Source: Calcarisporiella thermophila CBS 279.70
Lineage: Eukaryota > Fungi > Calcarisporiellomycota
DNA: 64,000 bases
Assembly (NCBI RefSeq): GCF_041956535.1
Contig: NW_027192192.1
Location: 809,796 to 873,795 of the forward strand
Direction: 5' to 3'
Of the stretch, positions 12,426 to 26,423 are shown in pieces. The position numbers and the translations under genes are program-made. The notes under the pieces are model-generated. The model saw only the letters and a program-made list of their open reading frames with translations. It did not search any database and was not told where the DNA came from. Positions within the stretch are counted from its first letter, which is position 1; every line of letters starts with the position of its first letter.

Positions 12426-13438
12426 CTATATAATTTTTTTGGTGGTGAAGAAGCGAACGTGCAGTAACGTCTGCAGCCAGCACACGCCTGCAATAGCTAG
12501 CACCTGGAGCATCGACCACCACACGACACGCTCGTTGGTGCGCTCGGATAGGTCGCGAAACACTATCTCCCGCTCGCGCTGATATGCCTGCTCGCGGCGG
12601 ATATCCTCGACTCGGTCCCTAAGCTCTTGGAGCCGTGCCACAAAGTCTACGTGGGAGGAGGGGGGCATGGTTAGCGAGGGTCCGCAAGGAACACAAGCAA
12701 TATACAATCCGTTACCGTTCAGTTGCTGCTTATGGTCGAACTCCTCGGAGAATGTCTGACGCTCCACGTTGAAATTCAAGTGAAATCTCTACATATGGTT
12801 ATGGAAATCCTTTCGAAATCTGGGATACACTCCAATCTCAATACATGCCCATTCTTACCATGCGATTGTTATTCCACCATGAAGTTCTGTTAGAGGCAAA
12901 GCATAGTGAATGTTCGCCTATATTAAGGTGGAAGTTAGCCATGTACCTGCGCTAGTTCGTCAAAGGCGCTCCTTTGGCATTACCTGTTCCCGCTGTTGTG
13001 AACGTAAATTTGCCCTCAGAAGCGGCTTTCAACGCAAGAACATTATGCTTTCCGCGTGTTTCCTATAATCACATCAGTTATTAGTTTGTTTGAAAAACAA
13101 AGCCAACATCAGATTGCTTACCTCCACATTTATTTCTACTCCAATCTCAGGATTGGAGACAAAACTTTTTTGTGCTTCACTCCAGTCCTCGATTTTATAT
13201 TTGCCTATATTCACGTAATACAAAATGGATTCCAAATATATGAATTAGAGTCGAGCATGCCTTGCGATCAAGTTTATGCAGTAACCCCACCAACAACCAT
13301 GGTGTCCTTGGGGAGATCTTCATAGAAACATTTGATCTCGGTCCCTTCAAGATAGAAGTAGAGCGCATGGACTGAATGGAATAAAAGAAAGAATAAGAGT
13401 GAAGCATAGAAAGCGCAAAAGCTTGAGTAATTGCGCAT
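12426..13438 (-). CDS. p24/emp24/gp25L family cargo receptor (alpha/Erp1-like), multi-exon
   Basis: Signal peptide then ALYFYLEGTEIKCFYEDLPKDT; GOLD domain; EQAYQREREIVFRDLSERTNERVVWWS; C-terminal FFTTKKII. Confidence 0.92.
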
Positions 13439-13725
13439 GGCACCAATGCTAATGGAGCGTGATGTTAGGGGGGAATAGTTGCTATGTCTATTTACGGAGG
13501 GTCAATTCTAAAAATTTAGGCTTTCTAGCAATCTATGAAACCAAGTGTGGCTGCTATTCAACATCGAGCAACGCTAAACTGCTGCAAAAGTTTATTCAAA
13601 TCTTAACCATTTTGTAGAGAGGGAAAAACGCCATGAACCTGTCCACGAATAATCTAGTATGCCAAAGCTATCCTAAAGATCCCTGTTGCGGTAAAACAAA
13701 GAGTTACGATGTTTTCTCACTGATT

Positions 13726-16283
13726 TCAGCATGTTCCTTCCTTGTGACACTTTTGGGCATGCTTCCACCACTATGTCCAAAAATAAAATAAAGATACAAA
13801 AATGCCAAAGAGCCATCCTCTTTCAAGACCAACAAATCATTCGACTCACATATATCTCGGGAACCACCACCTCACATAGTTTCTCACTCTCCACCGCCAC
13901 CCATTTGCAGCACCGGTGACACTGTCCCTCGTATATGCCTTCCTTCATAGTGGGCTTTCCACTGGTGGCCACACTGTTGTGCACGCGCCTATAACGGTAT
14001 GCCACGGGTGGGGCGAATGGACGGCCGTTCAGTGAAGACACGCCATGGAAGAAATGCAAGTGGTACCAGTACGCGCTAAATTTCATATTGAACCAACGCT
14101 CTCCCGGACATAGAGGACACAAGCCACTTTTCGATACCCCGATCCCCTTGGCCCAACGAGGGGTGTAAAGGTCAGAAGGCCCCCTCGGGAGATTTGGGCG
14201 GCGTCCATCACGGGTGCGACCGGCGGCGGATTGATTGACAAGCTGCGGCTTTTCGTAGAGTCGGGGAAGAGGGATGGGAGGCTCTGAAGGAACTCCAGCT
14301 GAAGGTTCATGAGCGGATAAAACCTTAGGTCCAGCCTCCAGTGATGACGATGTTGTGCTCCAATCTTCAAGAGATGAAGCGTGATCACTATTGGAGGCTA
14401 GAGAGACATGCCCATTTTTGCTAGGTTGAACTGGCGGGGCGGGGTAGGGCGTATTTGCAGACGCTTTTCGCACAACCTTTTTCTTGATCCTCTTCCGTTT
14501 CACCCCCGAGGTAGTTGTGCTCGAACTGAACTGCAACCGTTTACTAGGAACGGTGGCCCCTTTGGAGGAGATTAGAGCCGCACGCTCAGCAAGCCGGGAA
14601 CTTCGGCGTAGGTCCATGGCGAATGCGAGCTTCCATGCCAATAACTTAGAATCGTTCATATTATCTTCGCCTAAATTTGAAGACCCTTTTCTATTCTGAG
14701 GCAAGGTATGGAATATGGGGCTGGAGGAGGAGCTTACAGCGCCCCTTCCCTGCTTCCGCGAAACCATTTGCTCGTACTGCTCTCTCTGTGCACGGACTGG
14801 AAACTTAATGGGCGAATCGTAGCTTACAAACGAAGATTTTGCAGATGAGCCTGTGAACGAAAGGGAATCTGAGCCGAACAATGAGCCACTGGAGTCGGGG
14901 GATAACTCGCGTATCATAGATCTTTGAGTAGGCAAATGTATCTCCTGCTGAAAATTCTCCTTTTCATCATCGCAATCACTCCGATTAAAACAATGGCTGG
15001 GCGTGGGGCTAGGTGGACCAGACGACATGGGTATAGCGCAACAATTTAACCCTTGTGCCCTTGGTTTTTGACCATGAGGGAATATCTTGTGAGGCGAGCA
15101 GTGAGGTGAGAGGAAGGAGGGAGGCGAAGTATTAGAAAACGTAGGGAACCCAGAGAGATTGGAGGAGGAAGGGGAATTCATGTGGTAATTGGGTGCATAT
15201 CTCGGCTGTGTTTAGAATAATCTTCCATTAGTTGTGCTGAAATAAATCAGGGACAGATGACAAAGAGTTTGCCTGTTGCGAGTTGACGTTGGCTTGAGAA
15301 TCAGCTAGCTTCTCATCTTCATCGATTTGCTTCTCAAGATCTTGCATTAGATCTAGCTGGGGTAAAGTATCTACCCGTGATAATGGACACAAACAAATAG
15401 GTGATAAGTAGTGCACTACTATGGGGGGAGCAGATCGACCCAAGCAAACAGAGGAATAGAATACTGCAGGAAAAATTCTATGACTTCGCGATGATTACCC
15501 TTTACTGACAAGAAGTGAACGTCCTGGTTGCTCGGGTCGTTATCATATTCGGCAGCACAAGTCGAGCATTCATCCTGATGGATCTGGTTGTCTGACGAGG
15601 CAGAACTCAGAAAGAGAGAATATTTATCAACAATGTGCGATAGCAGTTCTTGAAGTTTTGTGTCCGTGATTGCATTAATCTGGAGCATTTGTGAAGCAAG
15701 CAATCCTAGTAAACCTTGGTTAGCAACACACAAGACTTTGTGGGCTTCGCAGCAGCCCGCAATATTATGAAGATCGGCTTGAATATACAAGCGCTGAAGT
15801 AAGGTTTCAATTTCTACGCATACACGCTGGATAAGCGCATCCAAAGCTAAGCAATCTCCTCCACATTCGCCGGGGGACGGAAAGTTTATAAATGTTTCTG
15901 CGGCATCACTAAGAGTCAACCCTCTGTTATCCAGCAAAAAAAAAAAAAACTCGGGCAAACGCGTAAATAAATTCATGTATTAGAGGAATGAATGCATTCA
16001 ATTGCAATGGAAATGGATAGCAACCGTTGATTTTCCGAATGAGAATATCGGATCGACACATTATTATTGTCTGTATCACAACTTGTATCCGCGAAATCAT
16101 GGTTTTTTTCTATTTAAACATCGTAACGCAACCAACAAGCATAATGAAGAAGTGCATATATGGGGACAGATAATTCAAGTTACCGCTGGAATTTGTGCTC
16201 GTGTCTGTTCGCCGTAAATCGTCATCCACATATTCTGTAATCTCGAGGGGATCAGATGAGAGCTGGAGATAGTCTGTGAACAT
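13726..16283 (-). CDS. Rua1/DUF4451-domain putative transcriptional regulator (multi-exon; 5' exons tentative)
   Basis: DLYTPRW.KG.G..K.GLCPLC...WFNMKFSAYWYHLHFFHGVS..NGRPF.PP, EGQCHRC.KWV; last exon WWKHAQKCH. Confidence 0.75.
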
Positions 16284-16478
16284 TTTCGAACCAAACCAAA
16301 TCAAAGCTTGATCAAAGCTCTGAATTAAATGAGCTCAAGAAAGAAGAAGAAATAGTAATGGAAATTTTTTAAATGAATTCGATTTCAACGCATCAATCTG
16401 ACTGCTTTAATTTAAGTCAATTATGGAGATGGCGAATTAAACAAGAATCAACTTGCATCGATATTACTGCGAAAAAGT

Positions 16479-17710
16479 ATGCCATACACAAATCTCCATC
16501 GAAATCCTTCGCCACCGCCAGGAGAAACTCAATGTCAACGGGACAGAGATCTAATCAGGTCTACGGTTGCAGGAGTTATGATTAGAATCATAACGGCGAC
16601 GGAAGAAGAAGCAATTGATAAATTAGATACAGGACAAGATGCCGAGGATGACACGCCATTCGAGCGAGCACTATGTGCATGCTGGGATATCTCATCCATC
16701 GAGGATTATGCGATTTTCATGTTCAAGGAATGCCAAGCTCATCGGTTGATGCTAAAGGTTAGATTCTGTTTGGCTTTGACAAATATAATTGGGTTTTAAT
16801 TTTTGGTGACCATTATGCTATAACAGATTATCACTTTCACAGATCGCCCGCGTACAATGGAACTTGCCATGGGAATTTTGGCTAATCTAGCTACTTTTCC
16901 CGATATATCCTCCTTCATCGCTGAAGATAAGGATGCGGCAGCAATAGTCGGAATCGTCTTAAATGAAGTGAATGATCCCCGGACACTCTTGGAAACTTGC
17001 AGGTCACTATTCCAATTTTTACATCAGCAGATACGATAAAAATGTTTACTGTTGTTCCATTAGATTCCTCCGCAATCTCCTTTCATCCCCACGCCTGCCG
17101 CATGTTTCGGGAACCCCCATGCCCTTCTATAAGCTAACTTCCACGCACGGAATTATTCCCCAAATGTTGTTCATCGCTTCCAACACGCTCAACTCCGATT
17201 TACTAAAGATGATACTCGAGGCACTTAAGATGGTGTTCTGCTGTTGCGAGCTCAGCTTTGGCGAGAATTTCACCAAAAGCCATTTATACATGTTTATACA
17301 CCGCTCGACTGAGCGCATCGTCAAATTCGAAGATAAGCGATATACAATGTATTACTAATGTTTAAAGATTTAGAGCAACTTGCCTGATGAATCTTCTAAT
17401 CCAATTAACCTCCTCTTATAGAAGAATGATAAAGCTTCTATTGGACCTATTCTTGATTTGGCTTGATTTGGATTATATTTCTCCAGAATATTTGGGTAAA
17501 TATTCCTTACTGCAACCAGCAAAATTTTGCTATATGGACCTTTATATTGCCCAACTAACTCTTTCTGAAACCGTAATAGTACCTCTTGACGAAGCTATCA
17601 CTGCACAAAAGTCGAATGGGATTTTGAGTCGAGATGAAGGGGATGAAGAGGAGGAAGAGTTAAACGAGTTGACAGAGCAACTGAAACGGACATTAAGTCT
17701 CTCTGGATAG
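16479..17710 (+). CDS. SAAL1-like ARM-repeat protein (5 exons)
   Basis: N-terminal RNPSPPP, LCACWDIS, PRTMELAMGILANLA, DPRTLLETCR. These resemble animal SAAL1 (DRNPSPPP; C.VWDMS; PRL.EI.VGILGNMA; DPPTLLETSR), recalled from memory. Confidence 0.75.
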
Positions 17711-18009
17711 CTGAATAACTGCTTTTAAACCACCTTCAATACAGTATCGTTATAAATTTTTATTAGAGACGTGATGAAATGATTGTTTGGGTATCAAGGA
17801 GCAAATCTGGCAATTACAGTAGTAAGGCTTTCATAAAAAAATTTCTGACAAGGTTTCATTTGCTGTTGAGTACAACCAGAAAAAAAAAGAGGGAATACTT
17901 TATGGTAATAAGAAGAGAAAAAAATAGAGTCAGGGTATCAAAATCTATTCGTAAAAGTCAAGGGAGTCCGTTCATATCAATAAAAATGGTGAAATGGTAC
18001 GCTCTATGT

Positions 18010-20682
<2,673 letters not shown>

Positions 20683-21272
20683 ACCCTCCAGAACTAACTA
20701 TGGTCTCACACCTTCCCTATTTATGCGATAAGCTCTATTAAAAAAGAAATAAATAAAATATAAAGGCAGTTAAGAAAAAAAAAAACTCTAACACGAAAAG
20801 GCGAGGAGGAAGGGGGAAGGAGGGGAGGGGTAGAGAAATAGAAGTAAAAAAAAACAATAAAAGGAATAAATGAACCAAAGAGAACGCAACGAAAAAGTGT
20901 GAAAAACAAAGCGCAACCGAGCGTCTTGCTAAGGCATTCTTTTTTTTTTCCGAGAAACCGAAATATTCTCATCTGATCCTTAAGGGAATGTTGGGTGGCA
21001 TTTTTATCGCGATTCCGCTCTTAAAGTATTCACAAATTCAAAAAAGAAATCGGCACAGTAAATTTCCATTTTGAGCCATATGAAAAATGTTTGATTTTAT
21101 CCCAGGAAAAAAAAAACGAACAAGGATTAAGGAAAGAAACGGGAAATAAGAAATTTTGAGAGTAGTTAAAAAAAAAAAAGCTATTATACAAATATAACAG
21201 TATTAAATTGATAAATGAGTCCTCTAAATAGATAGTACCATTAGCCCAAAGAATACAAAGCAATAAAAAAAG

Positions 21273-23296
21273 TTAGGTTTCTTCCATTTCTAATGCATCG
21301 TCTGTTCTCAGCATATGATGTGTTCCGTTTTTTTGCATTAGCCCCATGCGCTGTAATGCTGTAGTACAGCAATTGGAGCACCATTTGAAAACGCCGCTTG
21401 TTTGCAAAAGATAGAAGGGGAGCCCCAAAAGCACAAGGCTAAGTCCTATTAAAGATTCGATGGGGGCAGATGTGAACGGCATCACAAGGAGGAAAATGGC
21501 GACAAGGCAGAATAATAAAGGCGTAGTAATCCAAGTGCGATATGAGCGCTTAAGTTCGGGAGCACGGATCCGAAGATATATAAGGCCAACCACGGTTAGG
21601 AAGTAAAATCTGGATATGAGGAAACGGTGGGGAGGAGAGTGAGCCAATCTGGCAGAGGATGCAATATAATATTCCGGATTAGAGGCAGAGAAACTTACAG
21701 CCAAGCCGTTACTCCATAAAGATTGACGAGGGTGTGAAAGCTACCGGGCACGATCATGATGATAGTGAGGACCATTTGCAAGATCAAAGCGGCGACGGGT
21801 GTTGCCCGTTTTGCATTGATCTTTCCGAAAATCGAAGGAATGTGTCCTTGTCTGGCTGAGACATAAATCAAGCGTGCTCCTGTAAAGACGGAAGCATTGG
21901 CTGCCTGTAACAAAGGATAAGCAGGTAAGCAGATGGAAAGACAAGACATCGTAGCGGAAGTTTTCAACTTACCCCGAAGCAACTTAATGCCACACAAATC
22001 GCAAACATTACTCCACCAAGTGGACCAAACATAGTTTTGCCGAATTCCTAGGAGAGAGCAAAGTGAACTTTCAGCACCAAAGAAGTCATTTAAATCTAAT
22101 TCACCCTACCAACGCAATCGTGGTCGTTTTTCCAACAACCGCGGCAGGCAGCACAGCATAGTATGCAACATTCGTGATAATGTAGCAAACTATCACTAGC
22201 GGGATACCGAAGCCAATAATGCGCGGGAGGTCACGCGCTGGATCCTTCATCTCTCCAGAGACATAATTCAGATTATTCCTAAGGGAGGAGCATATTTTCA
22301 GCCCCAAGCGATAAAAAAAATTCCAACAGCTTATCCATTGACACTCACCACCCATCGTAGCTCCATAGAGCTGAGTAGAGAGCTAGTGCGTAATCACCAA
22401 AAGATATGCTCTTCCAATCGCCCATAATGTCCCCGCTGGTAAAATTTCCGCTATTGCTCCCCCGTGCCAACACCACGATGCCAGTGATAGCAATGGCAAG
22501 CATGGCCAGCAATTTCAGGATAGTGAACATATCCTGTGTGCGTGTAGCGAACTTGACTCCCACTGCGTTGATGACCGTCAAAACCAGAATGCATAGTATT
22601 GACAGTAATTTTATCGTCCACTCGGGTATATCGGAAGCATCGCCGTCAAAAGCAGTGTGATAGATAAGCCGGCATATATATTCGGCAAAAACAACAGTGA
22701 TAATGGCAAGGGAGCCCGGCTAAATCATCAAAGCAAAGATTTGTACTCAGCCAATGTTAAGCATGGAGGCAAAAATCGCACACTACCTTCAACACCACAA
22801 TGGCGACAAAGCTAAAAAGAAACGATGGCAATCCGCCAAATGCCTTCTCAAGGTAAAGCGCCTCTCCTCCGCTTTGGGGAAAAGTAGTCCCTAGCTCTAC
22901 ATAGCTGAACGCCCCCGTCATCGCAAGCAATCCTCCCACGATCCATACCAGCAAACTTACGCCCACGCTCGCATGAGAATATGCCAATACAGGCCCAGGC
23001 GAAGCAAAGATTCCAGATCCTATCATCAATCCAATGACGAGGCCAAGGCCGCTGAAAAATCCCAGGCGACGGTCCAAGTCGACCGGTCGCTGCTCTGACA
23101 TGGAGAGTGGGATGAGGAGTTGCGAATCGTTGAACTCGAGGAGGGAGAGCGAGGAGGAGTTTTGTTTTCGGAGAAGATCGTCATCTTCCTCGGAGCCCAG
23201 CTCGTCGAGCTCATACGAATTGCGCTGTGCATAATCGGCGCCCACATCGTAGATTACCTCCTCCTCCTCCTCCCCATTGGAATGTGAGAATACCAT
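21273..23296 (-). CDS. L-type (LAT/APC) amino-acid permease
   Basis: IGSGIFASPG, ELGTTFPQSGGE, ALWSYDGW, EMKDPARDLP; ~12 TM segments. Confidence 0.92.
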
Positions 23297-23767
23297 AAAT
23301 ACCTCTATTGAGAGAAGAAAACCAAACAATCAAATTACAAAGACAAAATACAGAGTGGGACGACCCAATATCTTTCTATAAAATTAAGCGGGCAAGCTTT
23401 CACTCCACTAGATGAAAAAGGATCTAGTCAGAGAGGGTCGGGAGAAGAGAAGCGGTTCTAATTTTTTTTTTCCTCCACTAAAGAAATGTTTGGATTTCAC
23501 TAACACCAATTTTGGACTCAGCGCAAATTTCCGGTATGTTGTTATTCAGCAAACATCTATCGACGATAAACAGGAGTACGTAAAGTGGGTTTTTGCAAAT
23601 GATAAAAAGTAAATAGTTATTAGAAACGCGCAGCGTTTCAAACAAAGAAATATGCCAGATATTGAGCAATACTAAAAGCCATACTCTAATTTCAGCATTA
23701 AGCAATTCATTAAAATGAGGAAGAGAACAATATCATCAATTTGCTAGAGGCCCACTGTGATTAAAAA

Positions 23768-24947
23768 TTAAAAGAGGCGCAAGCGACGGTACCCGCAGAA
23801 AACGCCACGATTGCCCTCCTTGCTCTGCTCTTTGCACACAGTTGCCGCAGGACAAGCCATCTTAACCCATTTACCAAAGCGACACATCTTGAAGCCATTG
23901 GACTTTCCTTCGGAGTCACATTCCATTGTATTGGGTTGACATTCCTCCTTGCCATTTCCTGGATTTTGTCCATTACCAGGTGTCTCAGGGTTCTCAGGGT
24001 TCTCAGGCTGATCAGGCTGACCAGTTGGCTGCGATGGCTCCGAGGTTTTCGAGGGCTTCGTAGGCTTGGATGTCTTGGTCGGCTTGTTGGTGGGCTTAGG
24101 ATCTTTGGTCGGCCTGTTGGTGGGTTTAGGATCTTTGGTAGGAGTTGGGTTCGAAGGGGACTTGGTAGGCTTGTTGGTCGGCTTCTCAGGCTTCTCAGAC
24201 GTTTCGGGCTCCTCGGGTTCCTCAGGTTCCTGAGGAGATCCTTCAACATCGCCGTTTCCGCTAACGGTGATCGTCTTGCGTTGAGCAAACAGATCCTTTC
24301 CGGTGTTCTTATTGCCTGCGAATTCCGGGATTGTCTTTCTACCCGGTAGATTCACGACCAGCAACTCCTTACCAGTAAGCTTTCCGTTCTGGGATCCAAC
24401 GATATTAACATCAGCACAGTTCATGTAATACTCGCGGTTTCCAATAGCATTAACCCAAGTCCAAGCGAATACAGCCTATCGAAAATGAGACAATCAGTAA
24501 CCATATCCCGGTGAAAGAAAATAGAGGGGGAGAGGGATTATCTACCTTGCCAGAAGGCGCATTGTTGGGGATTTTGATGTTATAATTTCGCTCCAAAGGG
24601 CAGGTTTCCATCTCATCCTGAATCACCACAAAAGTCTTGCCTTTGTCGTAGCTCAGGGCAAACTGACAGTGGCCTCCTCCGTGGGGAGCGCCACCAACAA
24701 TAGAAACTGGGACCGTGTCTCCAGCCTTGAAGGTGCTCTCGGCCGGACCTTCCTTGAAACCACGGCACGGGAAGGTAAAGCGACCCCCCAGAGGAGATGT
24801 CATATCAAAATCAATGTCGCTGTTCTTAGAGTAGAATTTGGAAAACTTGGAGCGACGTGGAGCAGGTTTCTCCATCTCCATGTGCGCAGACACGAGCGAG
24901 ATGAGAGAGAGAGCAGTGACGAAAATGGGAAGCTTGGAAAACATCAT
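23768..24947 (-). CDS. Secreted AA11-type lytic polysaccharide monooxygenase with P/T/K-rich linker and C-terminal CBM19-like module (1 intron)
   Basis: Signal peptide ending SA followed by N-terminal His; FPCRG, GGAPHGGGHCQFALSYD, FAWTWVNAIGNREYYMNCADV; Cys module C...C...F..C..GKWV.M.CP..TVC. Confidence 0.88.
23960..24235 (-). repeat. Coding tandem repeats in the LPMO linker (TKDPKPTN[RK]P x2, PEN/PEE, GNGQNP)
   Basis: Visible 30-nt and 9-nt periodicity in the DNA and protein. Confidence 0.8.
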
Positions 24948-26423
24948 CTTGAAGAGAGATTGGCGGAAAAGGTCTTTTCAAAAGACGAGAATGTGGAGTA
25001 TATCAGGAGAGATTTCGACCCTGCGAAAGACGCGAGAAATAGGAGGCGGGGGAGATAAATAAAACGAAAGGAAGTGGTGCGGGGGTATGCGTGGGATAGA
25101 TCCTTGAACCTGCAAGGTGTTTGGATGAAGAGGATGATGAGGAAGAAGAAGTTTGGAGGAGGAAAGGTGTGAGGAAAGCCGCAACGAGCATGCAGCCGCG
25201 ACCTTTATATGCCGTTTCATTTGACCCGCGAAAAATTTCGGGCTCCGACGGTCCGAGAGATCAAACCTAGAGAGGCCGCTCCATTGGAACATCGTCAATC
25301 AAATAATTCCTATATAGGCCAAGCCAGACTGGTAATTAACTTTCCAATGGAGTCGAGTCGAGCCACAACACCCTCGTTGTTTCCAAGCTCAACTTCCTTG
25401 GCCAGTTAGTCTTGCAAGCTCAACTATACGCGGAATACCTGGCTTTTTTGAATTCGCGTGAGCTGCACCAGATAACCTCAGGTTGCTCACAAAGAGTACA
25501 GCTCTGTGGAGTAGCTTCTCGAGCACAACATGAAACCAGAACCCAGACCTCTGCAGAACTTCCCGATACTCGCGCCTTCCGAAATCGTCTTCCGAGGAGA
25601 GGAATCGGTATTGCTTATGTTTAGCCACGCAAAATATATCCTCCTCTCATGTGTCTCATCTTGGCGAACATTGCGCGATGTATGGTGAAGAGCCCAAGGA
25701 TCCCAGAAGTTCGTGGTTTGCGGCATCCAACGGGCAGAATAAACCCACATCTCTTTTGCAATCAAGGGCCTTAGATCCGCAGGCAGAGAGGAGGCCACTA
25801 TCTGGTGACGACAGCCGGAAATGCATTATCCCAGATTGAGTTTAATATACACCTGGGAATATCGCCCACATCGAGGAACTCAGGCAAGCACTATCTAGTG
25901 AAGGAGAAAATAACTGAGTTTCGGATTTTGGTTTGCTTCGACTGAAAAAAAAAAGAACTCTTAGAAAATGGAGCGGCTACAAGCATTTACAGGTTTGGAG
26001 GTGTTGCCGGATATTGCCGAGCGCTAGGAACGGAGCAAAGATTCCCGAGTTGAAATTAACGGTGCCTTGGTTTAATTGAATGCGGACACCAGCCATTTTC
26101 TCCTGGACTATATGATCATACTTGCGGGTGAAAACTAGGTTGAGTTAGTAGATTTCTGCTGCGCTTGACGAAATCGACCTCTTATCACTAGAGTGACAAC
26201 GCCGAAAACTTTCGTCTTACAATAAAATGGATCCTGTTACTATGTGCTCTATGCAACTCAAATGGTAGTAGGCTATAGTTTTCTATTCAGAGTTTATATC
26301 CAGGAAACTTTAAGTTTGGGAGAGGCAAAAATGGGAAAACACGTGTACATATACTATATCAATTAATTACAGTTTATTTACAACGAAAACACCATGGAAT
26401 ACACGGTCTGCGTTCAGAACATG

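Noticed and set aside
25380-26200. Short ORFs that look coding between the LPMO and REV1
   Set aside because: No recognisable motif or consistent splice model.
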